Source: Escherichia coli (lineage in GTDB: Bacteria; Pseudomonadota; Gammaproteobacteria; Enterobacterales; Enterobacteriaceae). From it: DNA of 64,000 bases. The notes under the pieces are model-generated. The model worked only from the letters and a program-made list of their open reading frames with translations, searched no databases and was not told the DNA's origin. The DNA lies in assembly GCF_044324785.1 (NCBI RefSeq), contig NZ_CP172128.1; one strand, 5' to 3'. The position numbers and the translations under genes were made by a program. This document shows, in pieces, positions 1 to 10,437 of the stretch (its first letter is position 1; every line of letters starts with the position of its first letter).

Positions 1-78
1 TTTATGAGTACTGACAGTATTCATTATTGTTATCCTCACGGGACTGAGTGCAGGGAGCCGTGACCGGCTCCGGTCCTT

Positions 79-2205
79 TTATGCCAAACGTTCAAGGGCA
101 ATCAGCATGGCGCTTTCCGGATCCAGCACGGGAAGCTGAATACCGGCCTGCGCCAGCCATTCCCCACTGATGTCGGAGGTCTGGTTCATCCAGCCGGGCA
201 GCCTGCGCATGGTATGCCCGCCTTCACCGACCAGCTGAATATCCGGATGGTCAACAACACGAAGCCGGTAACGGGCCTGTGGTGCCAGCCCCGGAAAACG
301 TAGAGCACCCGGCAGGGTGTGATCCGGCATGGCAAGCTGGCTCACCAGGAAGAGCGCCTGCGACTGATCCGGGCTGACCACCCCCTGCACCTGTGTCGCC
401 GCATCCGGCATATCCACCCGCCATAGGGTGCCCGTGTGGATAAGCTGCCGCCATTCTTTGTAGAGCGAGGCATAGCGGCGGTAACCGGCGGATTCCTCTT
501 CTCCGGCCGTTACCGGATCCAGCTCCAGTCCCATATGACCGAACAGGGCCGTCAGACCGCGAAAGGCAATGCTGTGCTGCCGGAAGGTGGCATGGCAGCG
601 ATGATGACCGATGTGTGCCCCCATAACCTCCGGCGGGAAAAAGTAACTCATGCCACGCTGTATGGTGCAGCGCTCCAGGGCGTCATTGTTGTCAGAAGCC
701 CAGAAGCGGTGCGTGCGGGTCAGAACCTCAAAGTCGATACGTCCACCGCCGGAAGCGCAGGACTCAAACTCAACACGGGGAAAACGTTCGCGCAGGAGAT
801 CCAGCAGCCGGTAAAACTGACGGGTCTGCGCGTCCGCCGCCGCCCGACCTTCATGCCCGGCCTGGACCAGCTCGCGGTTCATGTCCCATTTCACATAGTC
901 AACTGGGTGTTCGCCCAGCAGCCATAAACAGCGTTCATAAATGTAAGCAAAGGCCTCAGGAATGTTCAGGTTGAGAACATACTGATGTCTCCCGGTTGGT
1001 TGTGTGTACCCCGGCATTGACAGTACCCAGTCAGGATGGCGGCGAAAGAGGTCAGAGTCCGGGTTAATCATTTCCGGTTCCACCCAGATACCGAACTCCA
1101 TGCCGAGAGATTTCACATGGTTAATCACCGGCATCAGTCCGTCCGGATACTTCTGTTCATCCAGATACCAGTCGCCCAGAGCCGCATGGTCATCATTGCG
1201 CCCCTTAAACCAGCCGTCGTCGATAATGAAACGTTCAACGCCAAGCGCTGCCGCACGTCCGGCCATCTGCATGATGTAGTTCGGGTCGTGGTCAAAATAA
1301 ATACCTTCCCAGGTATTGAGGTGCACCGGACGGGGTTTCTGCTCAGGAAAACGGATGATTTCATCGCGCAGAAAACGGTGGTACTGCTGACTCATACCAT
1401 TGAGCCCCTCCGGGGAATAGCTGGCGTACAGCCACGGCGTGTACACGGTCTCATCCTTCTTCAGGGCTTTTTCTCCGGGCATCCACAGTGCTTCCGCCTG
1501 GAGGTAACGCCGTCCGTCAGTTTTGACCTCACATTTCATGCGATGGTTGCCACTCCAGCCCAGATGTACGGCCCACACCTCGCCCTGCTGTTCTGAGAAA
1601 CCGGGGGCACCGGCAATCAGTGCCGGAAAATGCTCATGGGACGTGCGGCCCCGGCGGTTCTCCAGCACAAAACCGTCATGTGTGAGACGGACCCTGTGCG
1701 GCTGAAACTCACGAGTCCAGCGTCCGTGGAAGGCCATGACTTCCTCTGCCCTTTCAGCCACAGGGAGCGTGATGGCGAAGCGGTTCACCTGCCAGTCCCC
1801 TTCACGGAGGTTCGTCAGGGCATGACGCATCTTCAGCACACCGGACGATGTCAGCACCAGTTCACTGACCATGCGCAGACCCGCCACTGCATCCTCACTG
1901 GTCAGGGTGAGTGATTCTCCGGCCTGTACCACGCTGATGGTACGGAACACAGGGGACGCATCCAGCCCGTTGCGGTGTCCCTCCAGCCCCGGCGAGCCAA
2001 AAAGTCCCGCGCCGTTTTCGGCCATCAGCGTCAGTGGGGTGTCGGTATCCAGACGACCATTCGCAACCGGCCTTTCCAGGCTGATACAGTCATCCGGTGA
2101 AAAGTGTTTCAGGGTGGATCCCCACCAGACAATCTCTGCATACGGGTGGGTTTTAATAATCAGGTCTGAGTGGGGACTGGTCAGCCTGCGGTACATCGGT
2201 TCCAT
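79..2205 (-). CDS. rafA: alpha-galactosidase, GH36 (raffinose operon RafA-like)
   Basis: 708-aa ORF with GH36 melibiase-type blocks (FIIDDGWF, KWDMNRE); lies directly downstream of a LacI-type repressor with operator palindromes, as in plasmid raf operons. Confidence 0.85.
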   Translation of the reverse strand: MEPMYRRLTSPHSDLIIKTHPYAEIVWWGSTLKHFSPDDCISLERPVANGRLDTDTPLTLMAENGAGLFGSPGLEGHRNGLDASPVFRTISVVQAGESLTLTSEDAVAGLRMVSELVLTSSGVLKMRHALTNLREGDWQVNRFAITLPVAERAEEVMAFHGRWTREFQPHRVRLTHDGFVLENRRGRTSHEHFPALIAGAPGFSEQQGEVWAVHLGWSGNHRMKCEVKTDGRRYLQAEALWMPGEKALKKDETVYTPWLYASYSPEGLNGMSQQYHRFLRDEIIRFPEQKPRPVHLNTWEGIYFDHDPNYIMQMAGRAAALGVERFIIDDGWFKGRNDDHAALGDWYLDEQKYPDGLMPVINHVKSLGMEFGIWVEPEMINPDSDLFRRHPDWVLSMPGYTQPTGRHQYVLNLNIPEAFAYIYERCLWLLGEHPVDYVKWDMNRELVQAGHEGRAAADAQTRQFYRLLDLLRERFPRVEFESCASGGGRIDFEVLTRTHRFWASDNNDALERCTIQRGMSYFFPPEVMGAHIGHHRCHATFRQHSIAFRGLTALFGHMGLELDPVTAGEEESAGYRRYASLYKEWRQLIHTGTLWRVDMPDAATQVQGVVSPDQSQALFLVSQLAMPDHTLPGALRFPGLAPQARYRLRVVDHPDIQLVGEGGHTMRRLPGWMNQTSDISGEWLAQAGIQLPVLDPESAMLIALERLA

Positions 2206-2240
2206 AAGACATCTCCGTTTTCGGGTATGCCTTACTGTTG

Positions 2241-2279
2241 ATCCGAATCGTTTCGGATAGCAACCGAAACGATTCGGAT
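2241..2279. promoter_or_regulatory. two operator-like palindromes in rafR-rafA intergenic region
   Basis: ATCCGAATCGTTTCGGAT (2241-2258) and CCGAAACGATTCGG (2263-2279), imperfect palindromes of LacI-family operator type just upstream of rafA start. Confidence 0.5.
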
Positions 2280-2298
2280 TTGTGAGCGGGATTAAAAA

Positions 2299-3309
2299 TC
2301 AGGCGGAGGGAGCAAGCGTTGTCTTGCCAGGATGAAATTCCGGCTGCCAGAGTACTTGTAGCATTTCAGGTGAAACATTCGTGACCAGCTGGCGTATCAT
2401 GTCGGCAACCTGACGACCGACGCGATGTCGTGTTGACTGAAGAACTGCAGCCACATCCTGTTCAATAATACTGTCTTGCGGCAGACCATCATAAACCACA
2501 AGAGAGACGGCATCCTCTCCGGACAGATGACCGGATAACTGCAGCGACATGGCCGCGCCATCACCGATCAGGTCACTGTCGGTAATAATGGCCGTCGGGG
2601 GAAGCGGAAGTGACATTAACTCAGTCACTGCCTGGAAACCTGAGCGTCGGGTGGGAGAGACCCGGCGTAGCCAGGTCTCAGGCAGACCATGTTCACTCAG
2701 GGCATCGCGCCATCCCTGACGTCGTGCAGTGACATAGGTACGGGAGTTGTCCTCACTCAGCAGGGCAATTCGCTGATGGCCCAGGGCAATCAGGTGCTGT
2801 GTGGCCTGCCAGGTTCCTGCATGGTTATCAAAGTCAAACCAGGCACAGGGAAGACCGGACGGCACCTGACCGAGTGCCAGAAACGGAATACCGGCCTCCT
2901 GCAGGTGTGTAAGACGCGGGTCATTATCCAGCGTGTGCGCCACGATAAGGGCATCAACCCGGCGGCTTTCGACCAGACGCATATAGCTGTGGCTGTCAGC
3001 CCGTTCATCATCGGCTATCAGCAGTAAGTCAATATCATGGCGGGCCAGTTCCCGGCTGATACAACTGACCATATCCACAAACACACTACTGCTGAACAGT
3101 ACAGCATGTTCAGGGAAGACCAGGCCGACCGCATCGGTTTTACCGGTTTTGAGACGTCTTGCCAGGGTATTCGGGCGATAACCACGACGCCGAGCTTCCG
3201 CTTCTACACGTGCACGGGTCGAAGCGGAAACGTCCGAAAATCCGCCAAGCGCCCGGCTGACTGTGGTGACAGAGATCCCGAGTTCGGCGGCGATAGCCTT
3301 GAGTGACAT
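2299..3309 (-). CDS. rafR: LacI-family transcriptional repressor (raffinose repressor-like)
   Basis: 336-aa ORF; N-terminal HTH (LKAIAAELGISVTTVSRAL), periplasmic-binding-protein-like C-domain; adjacent to rafA. Confidence 0.75.
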   Translation of the reverse strand: MSLKAIAAELGISVTTVSRALGGFSDVSASTRARVEAEARRRGYRPNTLARRLKTGKTDAVGLVFPEHAVLFSSSVFVDMVSCISRELARHDIDLLLIADDERADSHSYMRLVESRRVDALIVAHTLDNDPRLTHLQEAGIPFLALGQVPSGLPCAWFDFDNHAGTWQATQHLIALGHQRIALLSEDNSRTYVTARRQGWRDALSEHGLPETWLRRVSPTRRSGFQAVTELMSLPLPPTAIITDSDLIGDGAAMSLQLSGHLSGEDAVSLVVYDGLPQDSIIEQDVAAVLQSTRHRVGRQVADMIRQLVTNVSPEMLQVLWQPEFHPGKTTLAPSA

Positions 3310-3643
3310 ATTTTCTCCTGCGGATAACTGAACAGCCCTGTCCCTGATGCGGGTGATCCGGGCAACAAACCTGACAGAGACGCCTGCATAAGTGGTCGCG
3401 CTGTACCAGTATGAGCCTCCATCATCCTGATTTGTGTATTAACTTTCAATACCGGAGGACGATTTGATTACCGGTTGTTAGCAGGAGTGCGAATATTAGA
3501 CCGACGGTGGAGATCTAAGACTCAGTGAGCATAGCGATACACTATATTACTGTAATTAAGCCAGTAAACTTCCTGTTCACTGGCTTAAACGCTAATGATG
3601 TATGCAGTTGAACAAGCTTTTAAACTAATGATTAATTGATATA

Positions 3644-4980
3644 TGAGCTGGCCCCCTGAAACACCAGACAGTAGATGTATCTTAAAATAAGAGGTAGGCT
3701 TGGATATATGTCTAACACTAGTTCTAATTTTGAGATGGCTGGCGTTTTGTTAGGAAAAGAGGTGCGTAAACGTAAAACACCTCAGGAAAAAATCACAATT
3801 ATTCAACAGACTATGGAGCCAGGCATGACGGTGTCTCACGTGGCGCGTTTGCATGGAATTCAGCCCAGCCTGTTGTTTAAGTGGAAAAAACAATACCAGG
3901 AAGGAAGTCTCACTGCTGTGGCTGCGGGTGAAGACGTTGTTCCTGCTTCTGAACTGGCCGCTGCGATAAAGCAGATTAATCAGCTTCAGCGTTTACTGGG
4001 CAAGAAAACAATGGAAGTTGAGCTCCTCAAAGAAGCGGTGGAGTACGCGCAATCGCGAAAATGGATAGCGCATGTGCCCTTGTTACCTTCGGACAAGGAA
4101 TAGCCCCGGTAAGCCGTGTTCTGGGCGTGTCGCGTGCGCAGTTAACATTACGGATGAAGGCATCTGATAACAAGACAGATAAACGGCGTCAGAGACGCGA
4201 TGAGGCTGCGGATGCAGAAGTCTTATCGCGCATCCTGGATATCATTGGCGATATGCCAACATATGGGTATCGCCGTGTCTGGGCGATACCCAGACGGCAG
4301 TCCCGAAATGAAGGCCTGCCGTTCGTGAATGCAAAACGCGTTTACCGGATAATGAGCGAAAACAGCCTGTTGTTGTTGCATGACAAACCATCACGACCTC
4401 AGCGGGCACATAAAGGCCGTGTAGAGGTTAATAAAAGCGACCAGCGTTGGTGTTCCAATGGCTTTGAGTTCGGTTGCGATGATGGCGAAAAAGTCCGGGT
4501 TACGTTCGCCCTGGACTGTTGCGATCGTGAAGCTATCGACTGGGCAGCCAGTACGGGAGGTTACGATAAATCGACAGTGCAGGATGTGATGTTAGGCGCG
4601 ATAGAAAAACGCTTTGGCGATAAAGTGCCGGAACAGTCGATCCAGTGGCTGACAGATAACGATTCAGCGTACAGAGCGCATGAAACACGGCAGTTCGCCA
4701 GAGAGCTGAATCTGGAGCCCTGTACGACGGCAGTCAGCAGTCCTCAGAGTAATGGAATGGCAGAACGGTTCGTGAAAACGATGAAGGAAGACTACATCGC
4801 GTTCATGCCGAAACCGAATGTAAGAACGGCAGTGCATAACCTTGCAGTGGCGATCGAGCATTATAACGAATGGCATCCGCATAGTGCACTGGGTTATCGC
4901 TCGCCACGGGAATATCTGCGGCAGCAGGCCAGTAATGGGTTAAGTGATAACAGGTGTCTGGAAATATAGGGGCAAATCCA
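3644..4980 (+). mobile_element. IS3-family insertion sequence, IS2-like variant (orfA 3675-4103, orfB 4061-4969)
   Basis: overlapping orfA/orfB typical of IS3 family; orfB C-terminus and right end (GGAAATATAGGGGCAAATCCA) identical to IS2; left end TGAGCTGGCCCCCTGAA resembles IS2 IRL; no clear target duplication. Confidence 0.7.
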
Positions 4981-5242
4981 CTGCTGATAATTTAAGTCTG
5001 GCACTAATGATTTTTAGCAATTTTGCGGGTGGGGATGATTTTTTATCCGGAGCAAACCCAATACTTTTCAGATAACAGAGAAGAGCGGCAAAACCAAACC
5101 GGCTGGCAGGTTTACGGTGAACATTGATAATTGCCAGATCCTGTTCACTGAAATACGTCATTCGAGTCAGTGTTAACTCATCGTCTGGTAATGCCAGTAA
5201 TGATTCTTTTTCCGACTGCGAAAGAATCTGCCTCCTTGCCAT
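4981..5242 (-). pseudogene. tnpA: Tn21/Tn3-family transposase TnpA, N-terminal ~87 codons only (truncated by IS2-like element)
   Basis: translation MARRQILSQSEKESLLALPDDEL... matches the conserved N-terminus of Tn21-subfamily TnpA; ORF runs into the IS right end at 4980. Confidence 0.6.
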
Positions 5243-5408
5243 ATAGCCTTCCTTGTAAATTATTTAGTGCGTTATTTTTGATTAAAAAGTTATTGTATAA
5301 GGGTATACCCTGATGCAATAGACAAAACGTGACAGCACTCCAATAATGACATAACCTATATGCGATAGAATAAATGCAATAATCTAAACGCGATAGCGTG
5401 GTAGAAAA
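5243..5408. promoter_or_regulatory. putative res site / divergent promoter region between tnpA and resolvase
   Basis: AT-rich 166-bp divergent intergenic region with repeated GCGATAG motifs; position equivalent to res in Tn3-type modules. Confidence 0.3.
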
Positions 5409-6050
5409 ATGTTCATCAGAGCTTATTTAAGGGCATCGACAGAAGATCAGTTCGCCGATCGGGCAAAAGAGATGCTGGAGCAGTTCGTTCAGGAGCGGGG
5501 GCATAAAATCGCCAGCTACTACCGGGAGAACATCAGCGGCACAAAACTAGACCGCCCGGAACTGGGACGCTTACTGATGGACAGTCATCGCAATGATATC
5601 TTGCTGGTCGAGCAGATAGACCGCCTGACCCGTCTTAGCAACAGTGACTGGATAACGCTGAAAAAGCAGATAGAACAACACGAGTTGCGGATTGTCAGTC
5701 TTGATGTGCCCACATCATGGCAGGCTCTGTCAGATAAAGATCCTTCGCAAGCGGACCCGATCACCCGCACAGTAATAACCGCAATAAATAATATGCTTAT
5801 CGACCTGATGGCTGCAATGTCGCATAAAGACTGGCTGAGTCGTCGTCAACGACAAAAACAGGGAATTGAACGTGCCCATACTTTAGGTAAGTATCGGGGC
5901 AAACAGGCAGATCGGGAACGACATCAGAAAGTAATGTACTACCGGCAGATCAAGAAACTGAGCATCCGTGAAACGGCAGAGGTGACAGGCTATAGTACTT
6001 CCCAAGTTTGTCGCATTCAGGCGCTCTATAAAGAGGTTAAACCTGATTAA
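5409..6050 (+). CDS. serine recombinase (resolvase/invertase family)
   Basis: 213 aa; N-terminal catalytic motif YLRASTEDQ with Ser10; C-terminal HTH region; divergent from tnpA fragment. Confidence 0.7.
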   Translation: MFIRAYLRASTEDQFADRAKEMLEQFVQERGHKIASYYRENISGTKLDRPELGRLLMDSHRNDILLVEQIDRLTRLSNSDWITLKKQIEQHELRIVSLDVPTSWQALSDKDPSQADPITRTVITAINNMLIDLMAAMSHKDWLSRRQRQKQGIERAHTLGKYRGKQADRERHQKVMYYRQIKKLSIRETAEVTGYSTSQVCRIQALYKEVKPD

Positions 6051-6058
6051 AAAATAGC

Positions 6059-6096
6059 CTTAACGTACAATATTTTCCGTTTCCCAAACGGAGCCC
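6059..6096. repeat. Tn21-type 38-bp terminal inverted repeat
   Basis: reverse complement GGGCTCCGTTTGGGAAACGGAAAATATTGTACGTTAAG: GGG outer end, ACGGAAAATA core, TAAG inner end. Confidence 0.55.
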
Positions 6097-6579
6097 AAGA
6101 AGACGGCCGGCGGGCGGAATACGGCACGCTACCTGGGTCGTTATCTGAAGAAGCCACCAATAGCGGCTTCCCGGCTGGCACATTACAACGGAGGGGCGAG
6201 CCTGAGCTTCCGTTACCTGGACCACAAAACGGGAGAGACAGCGACGGAAACGCTGACGCAGCGTGAGCTGGTCGCGAGGATGAAACAGCACATCCCGGAG
6301 AAGTTTTTTAAGATGGTGAGGTACTTCGGGTTCCTTGCCAACCGGGGGTGTGGAGAGAAGCTGCCGCAGGTGTACCGAGCTCTGGGGATGGATAAACCGG
6401 AACCGGTGGCGAAAGTGTGCTATGCACAAATGGTGAAACAGTTCCTGAGTCGTGACCCGTTCGAATGCGTGCTGTGTGGCAGCCGGATGGTATACCGCCG
6501 GGCCCTTGCGGGGCTGAATGTATCAGGGCTGAAGAAAAACGCGCGGGATATCAGTCTGCTGAGGTATGTGCCGGCCTGA
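6097..6579 (+). pseudogene. IS91-family transposase, C-terminal fragment
   Basis: in-frame translation ...YLGRYLKKPPIAASRLAHYNG...VRYFGFLANRG... resembles IS91-family transposase C-termini; 5' part replaced by the Tn21-type IR. Confidence 0.5.
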
Positions 6580-7309
6580 TACAGGGTAAGTGTGTCAGCA
6601 ATCCGGGGAAAGGATAAAAAACCCCATCCGCAGTATAAAAACCGACCACGCAGAGAGAAAAAACACCGGCGTGATGTGAAAAACAGCTTACCGCACGAGG
6701 CATAAGACGCGGACAGTGGTATCGCTTAGTTTTTCAATTTCCTATACGTGAACAGACCAATTTTGCATTCGCCGTCCAGGAGTTTGAGGGGAAAGTAGTC
6801 AGTGTTTTACGCTCAGTCAGGGAAAGTGTGCAATGATAAATGACACGAAAGGAATCGTAGCACATGGGCACCGCGATTCAATATTCAAGGAAAACACAAT
6901 ACAGCAATGTACTTGTTCTGTTTCTATTATTCTAGCGATTTCAATAAAGGCACTTGCTCGCGCTCTGTCATTTTCTGAAACTCTTCATGCTGCATTTCGA
7001 TTTTCCTTCTAAGATCATAACTCGCATACCTGTTCTTTTTATGTATATCCATATCTATTTTTGTGACGAGTTCAAACCACAATGTTCGCACTCCCCATGC
7101 AGCGTTATGAAACATTTCCGCAACGGCTAGTCTGTATTAACTGCTTCGGTCATGTAGTCGCTAATACGTTCAGCGGTAATTTTCGTTATTTCATCGTAAT
7201 TCATTTTATCTCCTACAAGATTATTTAATGGAATGAAAAATATCTGGCCTGATAATAATGTTCCAGAATTAATATCTGCAGGCTATGTTAAGTTGTCCCC
7301 ACACACAAT

Positions 7310-7585
7310 CTACCTGTTTTCTCGTGTGTGCCACAGGCGCAATACATAAATAGTCTGGCCATTAAGTTCGTAACGGATTTCGTACTCGCCAGCAAAAATC
7401 CGTCTGACCTCCCTGGGTTCAAACTGAAACAACTGTTCTCCCATACGTGGATGAGTTAACAGAATGACCGGTGCCTGTGTCAGGGACTGCACCGTTCTGG
7501 CGGCCGCAGGTTTACTGGCCAGCACCAGAAAATCATATAACCGCGCCAAATCAGAAAGCGCCTTACTGGTCCACTTCAGTTCCAT
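7310..7585 (-). CDS. type II toxin, RelE/ParE family
   Basis: 91 aa, RelE/ParE-like size and C-terminal basic residues; start overlaps stop of upstream small RHH-type ORF. Confidence 0.7.
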   Translation of the reverse strand: MELKWTSKALSDLARLYDFLVLASKPAAARTVQSLTQAPVILLTHPRMGEQLFQFEPREVRRIFAGEYEIRYELNGQTIYVLRLWHTRENR

Positions 7586-7869
7586 CAGCGTGGCACCGGT
7601 AACGGATTGTCAGTACTGAGGCTGTCCGCCCAGGCCTGTACAGCCTGATGGTCGATAACCTGTCCGGATTTCACATCGTCCAGGGCTTCCAGCGTCAGGC
7701 GATTACGCTCCTCCTCCTGGGCAAGCCATGCAGAAAGCGCCTGTTTGATAACCCAGCCCCGGGAGCGTTCCAGTCTGGCGGCCATCTGGTCGACTTTATC
7801 AGCCATTGGTAATGGCACATGCGCGGTAATGACTTTTGTTGCCTGTGCGGTATTGTTTTTCATTTGCAT
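7585..7869 (-). CDS. type II antitoxin (ribbon-helix-helix, ParD/CopG-like)
   Basis: 94 aa, directly upstream of and overlapping the toxin gene. Confidence 0.6.
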   Translation of the reverse strand: MQMKNNTAQATKVITAHVPLPMADKVDQMAARLERSRGWVIKQALSAWLAQEEERNRLTLEALDDVKSGQVIDHQAVQAWADSLSTDNPLPVPR

Positions 7870-7925
7870 ACCCGATTAGTTGTTAATCATATTTAATCAT
7901 AGTGATTACTTTCAGACGGAACAAG

Positions 7926-9631
7926 GCAAATAATGCGCGTCAGCGCATGTAAGGCGGCACTCCGTTGTTGCATATGGCACAGGAGTAAAACCGCCGAAGC
8001 CCGGCGTAAGCCGGTACTGACTGATAGATTTCACCTTACCCATCCCCAGCCCTTGTATGTAATAGGACTCGATGGCTAGCTACCATCATATGAAGCAGAG
8101 TGAGCTTGTCCCAGCCCTGAACAGTCAGACTTTGATTAGCAGCAAAAGCCCTCTGCTTCACCTTTCACGCCAGCATTAACATTGAACGGTTGCCAAGAGC
8201 GATGACTCTGCATGTACAAGGGGAATAGGCGTGATGGTTTGGTGAAAGGAGAATATTCATGTTTCAGTTAGGTATTGATGTCAGCAAGAAAACGCTGGAT
8301 TTGTGCCTGCTGCGCGAAGGCGTAAAAGGCAGAGTTAAAACCCGAAAGCTTCAGAATGATATTAATGCTGTCAGCGCGGTAATAGCCTGGCTCAGTAAGC
8401 AACATTGTAAACCTGAAGATGTCCATATCATCATGGAAGCCACTGGTGTTTATCATGAATCACTGGCTTACGGGCTTCACAAAGCCGGGGGCCGGATATC
8501 ACTTGCCAACCCACACAGGGCAAGAGAGTTTGCCCGGGGTATGGGAATGCTGACCAAAAATGACCGGGTTGATGCTTATATGCTGGCTTGCTATGGCGTG
8601 CTTAAAGCACCGGAGCCATGGCTTCCTCCACCGGAAGAAGTCCGCCATCTCAGTGCACTGCTCCGCAGACGTGATGCTCTTGTGGCTGACAGTACTCGCG
8701 AAAAAAACAGGCTGGAAAAATACCTGGCAACAGACACACCTTCTGTTATAGCTGAATCCGTAGAGGCAATGATTGGTCAGTTGAACGCAGAAATTAAACG
8801 TCTGGACAGACTGATCCGTTCACACCTTAACCAGCATCCTGAATTAAAAAAGGATTTTGACCTGCTGACGTCAATAAAATCCGTAGGTTATCAGTTAGGT
8901 CTGAATATGCTTGTCATCCTGCGGAGCCATGATTTCGCCACAGCAGAACAGGTGGCTGCATTTTTAGGTGTCGTTCCCGTTGAAAAATATTCCGGCACCT
9001 CGGTCAGAGGGTGTCCGAAACTGTCAAAAATTGGTCCGCCGGAAATCCGGGCGAAACTGTATCTGGCTTCGTTGTGTGGTCTGAGATTTAACCCATTGAT
9101 GAAAGCGATGTATGAGCGATTATGCCTGAGAGGTAAGGGCAAAATGTGTGCCATTGGTGCGCTGATGAGAAAACTCGTGCACTGGTGCTATGGCGTACTG
9201 AAGACCCAAAAACCGTTTGATGTGGGCTATTTGCCTTCATATGCGCGTAGCGCATGTAAGGCGGCATGATGTAGTTACATATGGTACAGGAGTAAAACCG
9301 CCGAAGCCCGGCGTAAGCCGGTACGTATTGATAGGTTTCACCTATCCCATCCCTGCCCTGCGAGGCCATACGGGCTTTCAGCGATGATGAAGTATAGGTA
9401 AGCCCTTTTAACCCCGTTAGCGCGGCTATGCCGCGCTGTATCGGGGACTTAGTGCTGACAGCTTGCTGGCAGTACTTAGGGGGCTGTACGTCGGAGTTCA
9501 AGCGATTTTTCTTGACAGAACACGGTAGCTGCTAAGCCATACCCGCTTTCAGCCATGAGAGAGCTTCTGTGCGCGGTCGGAGTGGTCCCGACGAGGGTTT
9601 ACCCGAAGTCGGGACGTATCTCCGCGTTAGC
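7926..9631 (+). mobile_element. IS110-family insertion sequence (boundaries uncertain)
   Basis: contains the IS110-type transposase; ~100-bp imperfect direct repeats at 7926-8040 and 9240-9345; highly structured non-coding tail 9270-9631. Confidence 0.4.
8259..9269 (+). CDS. IS110-family transposase (DEDD-type recombinase)
   Basis: 336 aa, N-terminal MFQLGIDVSKKTLDLCLL characteristic of IS110/IS1111 transposases. Confidence 0.8.
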   Translation: MFQLGIDVSKKTLDLCLLREGVKGRVKTRKLQNDINAVSAVIAWLSKQHCKPEDVHIIMEATGVYHESLAYGLHKAGGRISLANPHRAREFARGMGMLTKNDRVDAYMLACYGVLKAPEPWLPPPEEVRHLSALLRRRDALVADSTREKNRLEKYLATDTPSVIAESVEAMIGQLNAEIKRLDRLIRSHLNQHPELKKDFDLLTSIKSVGYQLGLNMLVILRSHDFATAEQVAAFLGVVPVEKYSGTSVRGCPKLSKIGPPEIRAKLYLASLCGLRFNPLMKAMYERLCLRGKGKMCAIGALMRKLVHWCYGVLKTQKPFDVGYLPSYARSACKAA

Positions 9632-9699
9632 GGGGTCAGTTTGGAATTCGGAAAATAAACCATGTTAAGACTATTTTTTAGCCAAAGGGCTTTCAGGAA

Positions 9700-9840
9700 T
9701 CGCCAGAATGGCGGGACAACAGTGGTTTTGGTGTCCGAAATCGACCGGTTTCGGACATTGTTAAACAGATATATCCGAAAGTCAGCGAAATTACTTTCGG
9801 ACATGCATTATAATATGTACACCCATTTCGTACAGAAGAT
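9700..9840. promoter_or_regulatory. res-site-like repeats upstream of tnpR
   Basis: palindromic subsites TGTCCGAAATCGACCGGTTTCGGACA and CCGAAAGTCAGCGAAATTACTTTCGGACA. Confidence 0.45.
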
Positions 9841-9846
9841 CTCACT

Positions 9847-10437
9847 ATGTCTCGAATTTTTGCCTATTGTCGGGTTTCCACTCTGGAACAGACGACCGAA
9901 AATCAACGTCGGGAAATCGAAAGCGCGGGTTTTAACGTCAGACCCCAACGAATAATCGAAGAACAAATTAGTGGATCAGTAGCAGCCAGTGAACGTCCAG
10001 GTTTTAACCGGTTGCTTGATCGTCTGGAAAGTGGCGATGTATTGATAGTCACAAAACTGGATCGCCTCGGTCGTAATGCAATGGATATCAGGAAAACAGT
10101 GGAGCAACTGACCGAATCTGGCATCAGGGTACATTGCCTGGCATTAGGTGGTGTTGATCTGACCAGTCCGGCAGGAAAAATGACAATGCAAGTGATTTCA
10201 GCGGTCGCTGAATTTGAACGAGATCTTTTACTTGAACGAACTTATTCAGGGATAGCAAGAGCACGGGATGCAGGAAAACGTTTTGGTCGCCCACCGGTAT
10301 TAAATGAAGAACAAAAACAGAAGGTACTCGAACACATTAAGTCTGGGGGAAGTATAAGTGCTATTGCCAGGGAATTCCGAACCACACGGCAAACAATTCT
10401 GAGAGTTAGAGCGAAACAGCAAACTGTTACTGTATAG
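9847..10437 (+). CDS. tnpR: serine resolvase TnpR
   Basis: 196 aa; catalytic N-terminus [11 protein letters not shown]; C-terminal HTH; Tn3-family resolvase architecture. Confidence 0.8.
   Translation: MSRIFAYCRVSTLEQTTENQRREIESAGFNVRPQRIIEEQISGSVAASERPGFNRLLDRLESGDVLIVTKLDRLGRNAMDIRKTVEQLTESGIRVHCLALGGVDLTSPAGKMTMQVISAVAEFERDLLLERTYSGIARARDAGKRFGRPPVLNEEQKQKVLEHIKSGGSISAIAREFRTTRQTILRVRAKQQTVTV

Noticed and set aside
251-2260. Several 60-190-aa ORFs on both strands overlapping rafA (e.g. 251-454, 436-927, 1036-1596, 1871-2260)
   Set aside because: They lie entirely inside or antisense to a well-supported 708-aa gene, with no independent signals; typical GC-rich shadow ORFs.
6927-7115. 62-aa ORF and a neighbouring ~25-codon ORF
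   Set aside because: No recognisable family or RBS; low-GC spacer between IS debris and the toxin-antitoxin pair.
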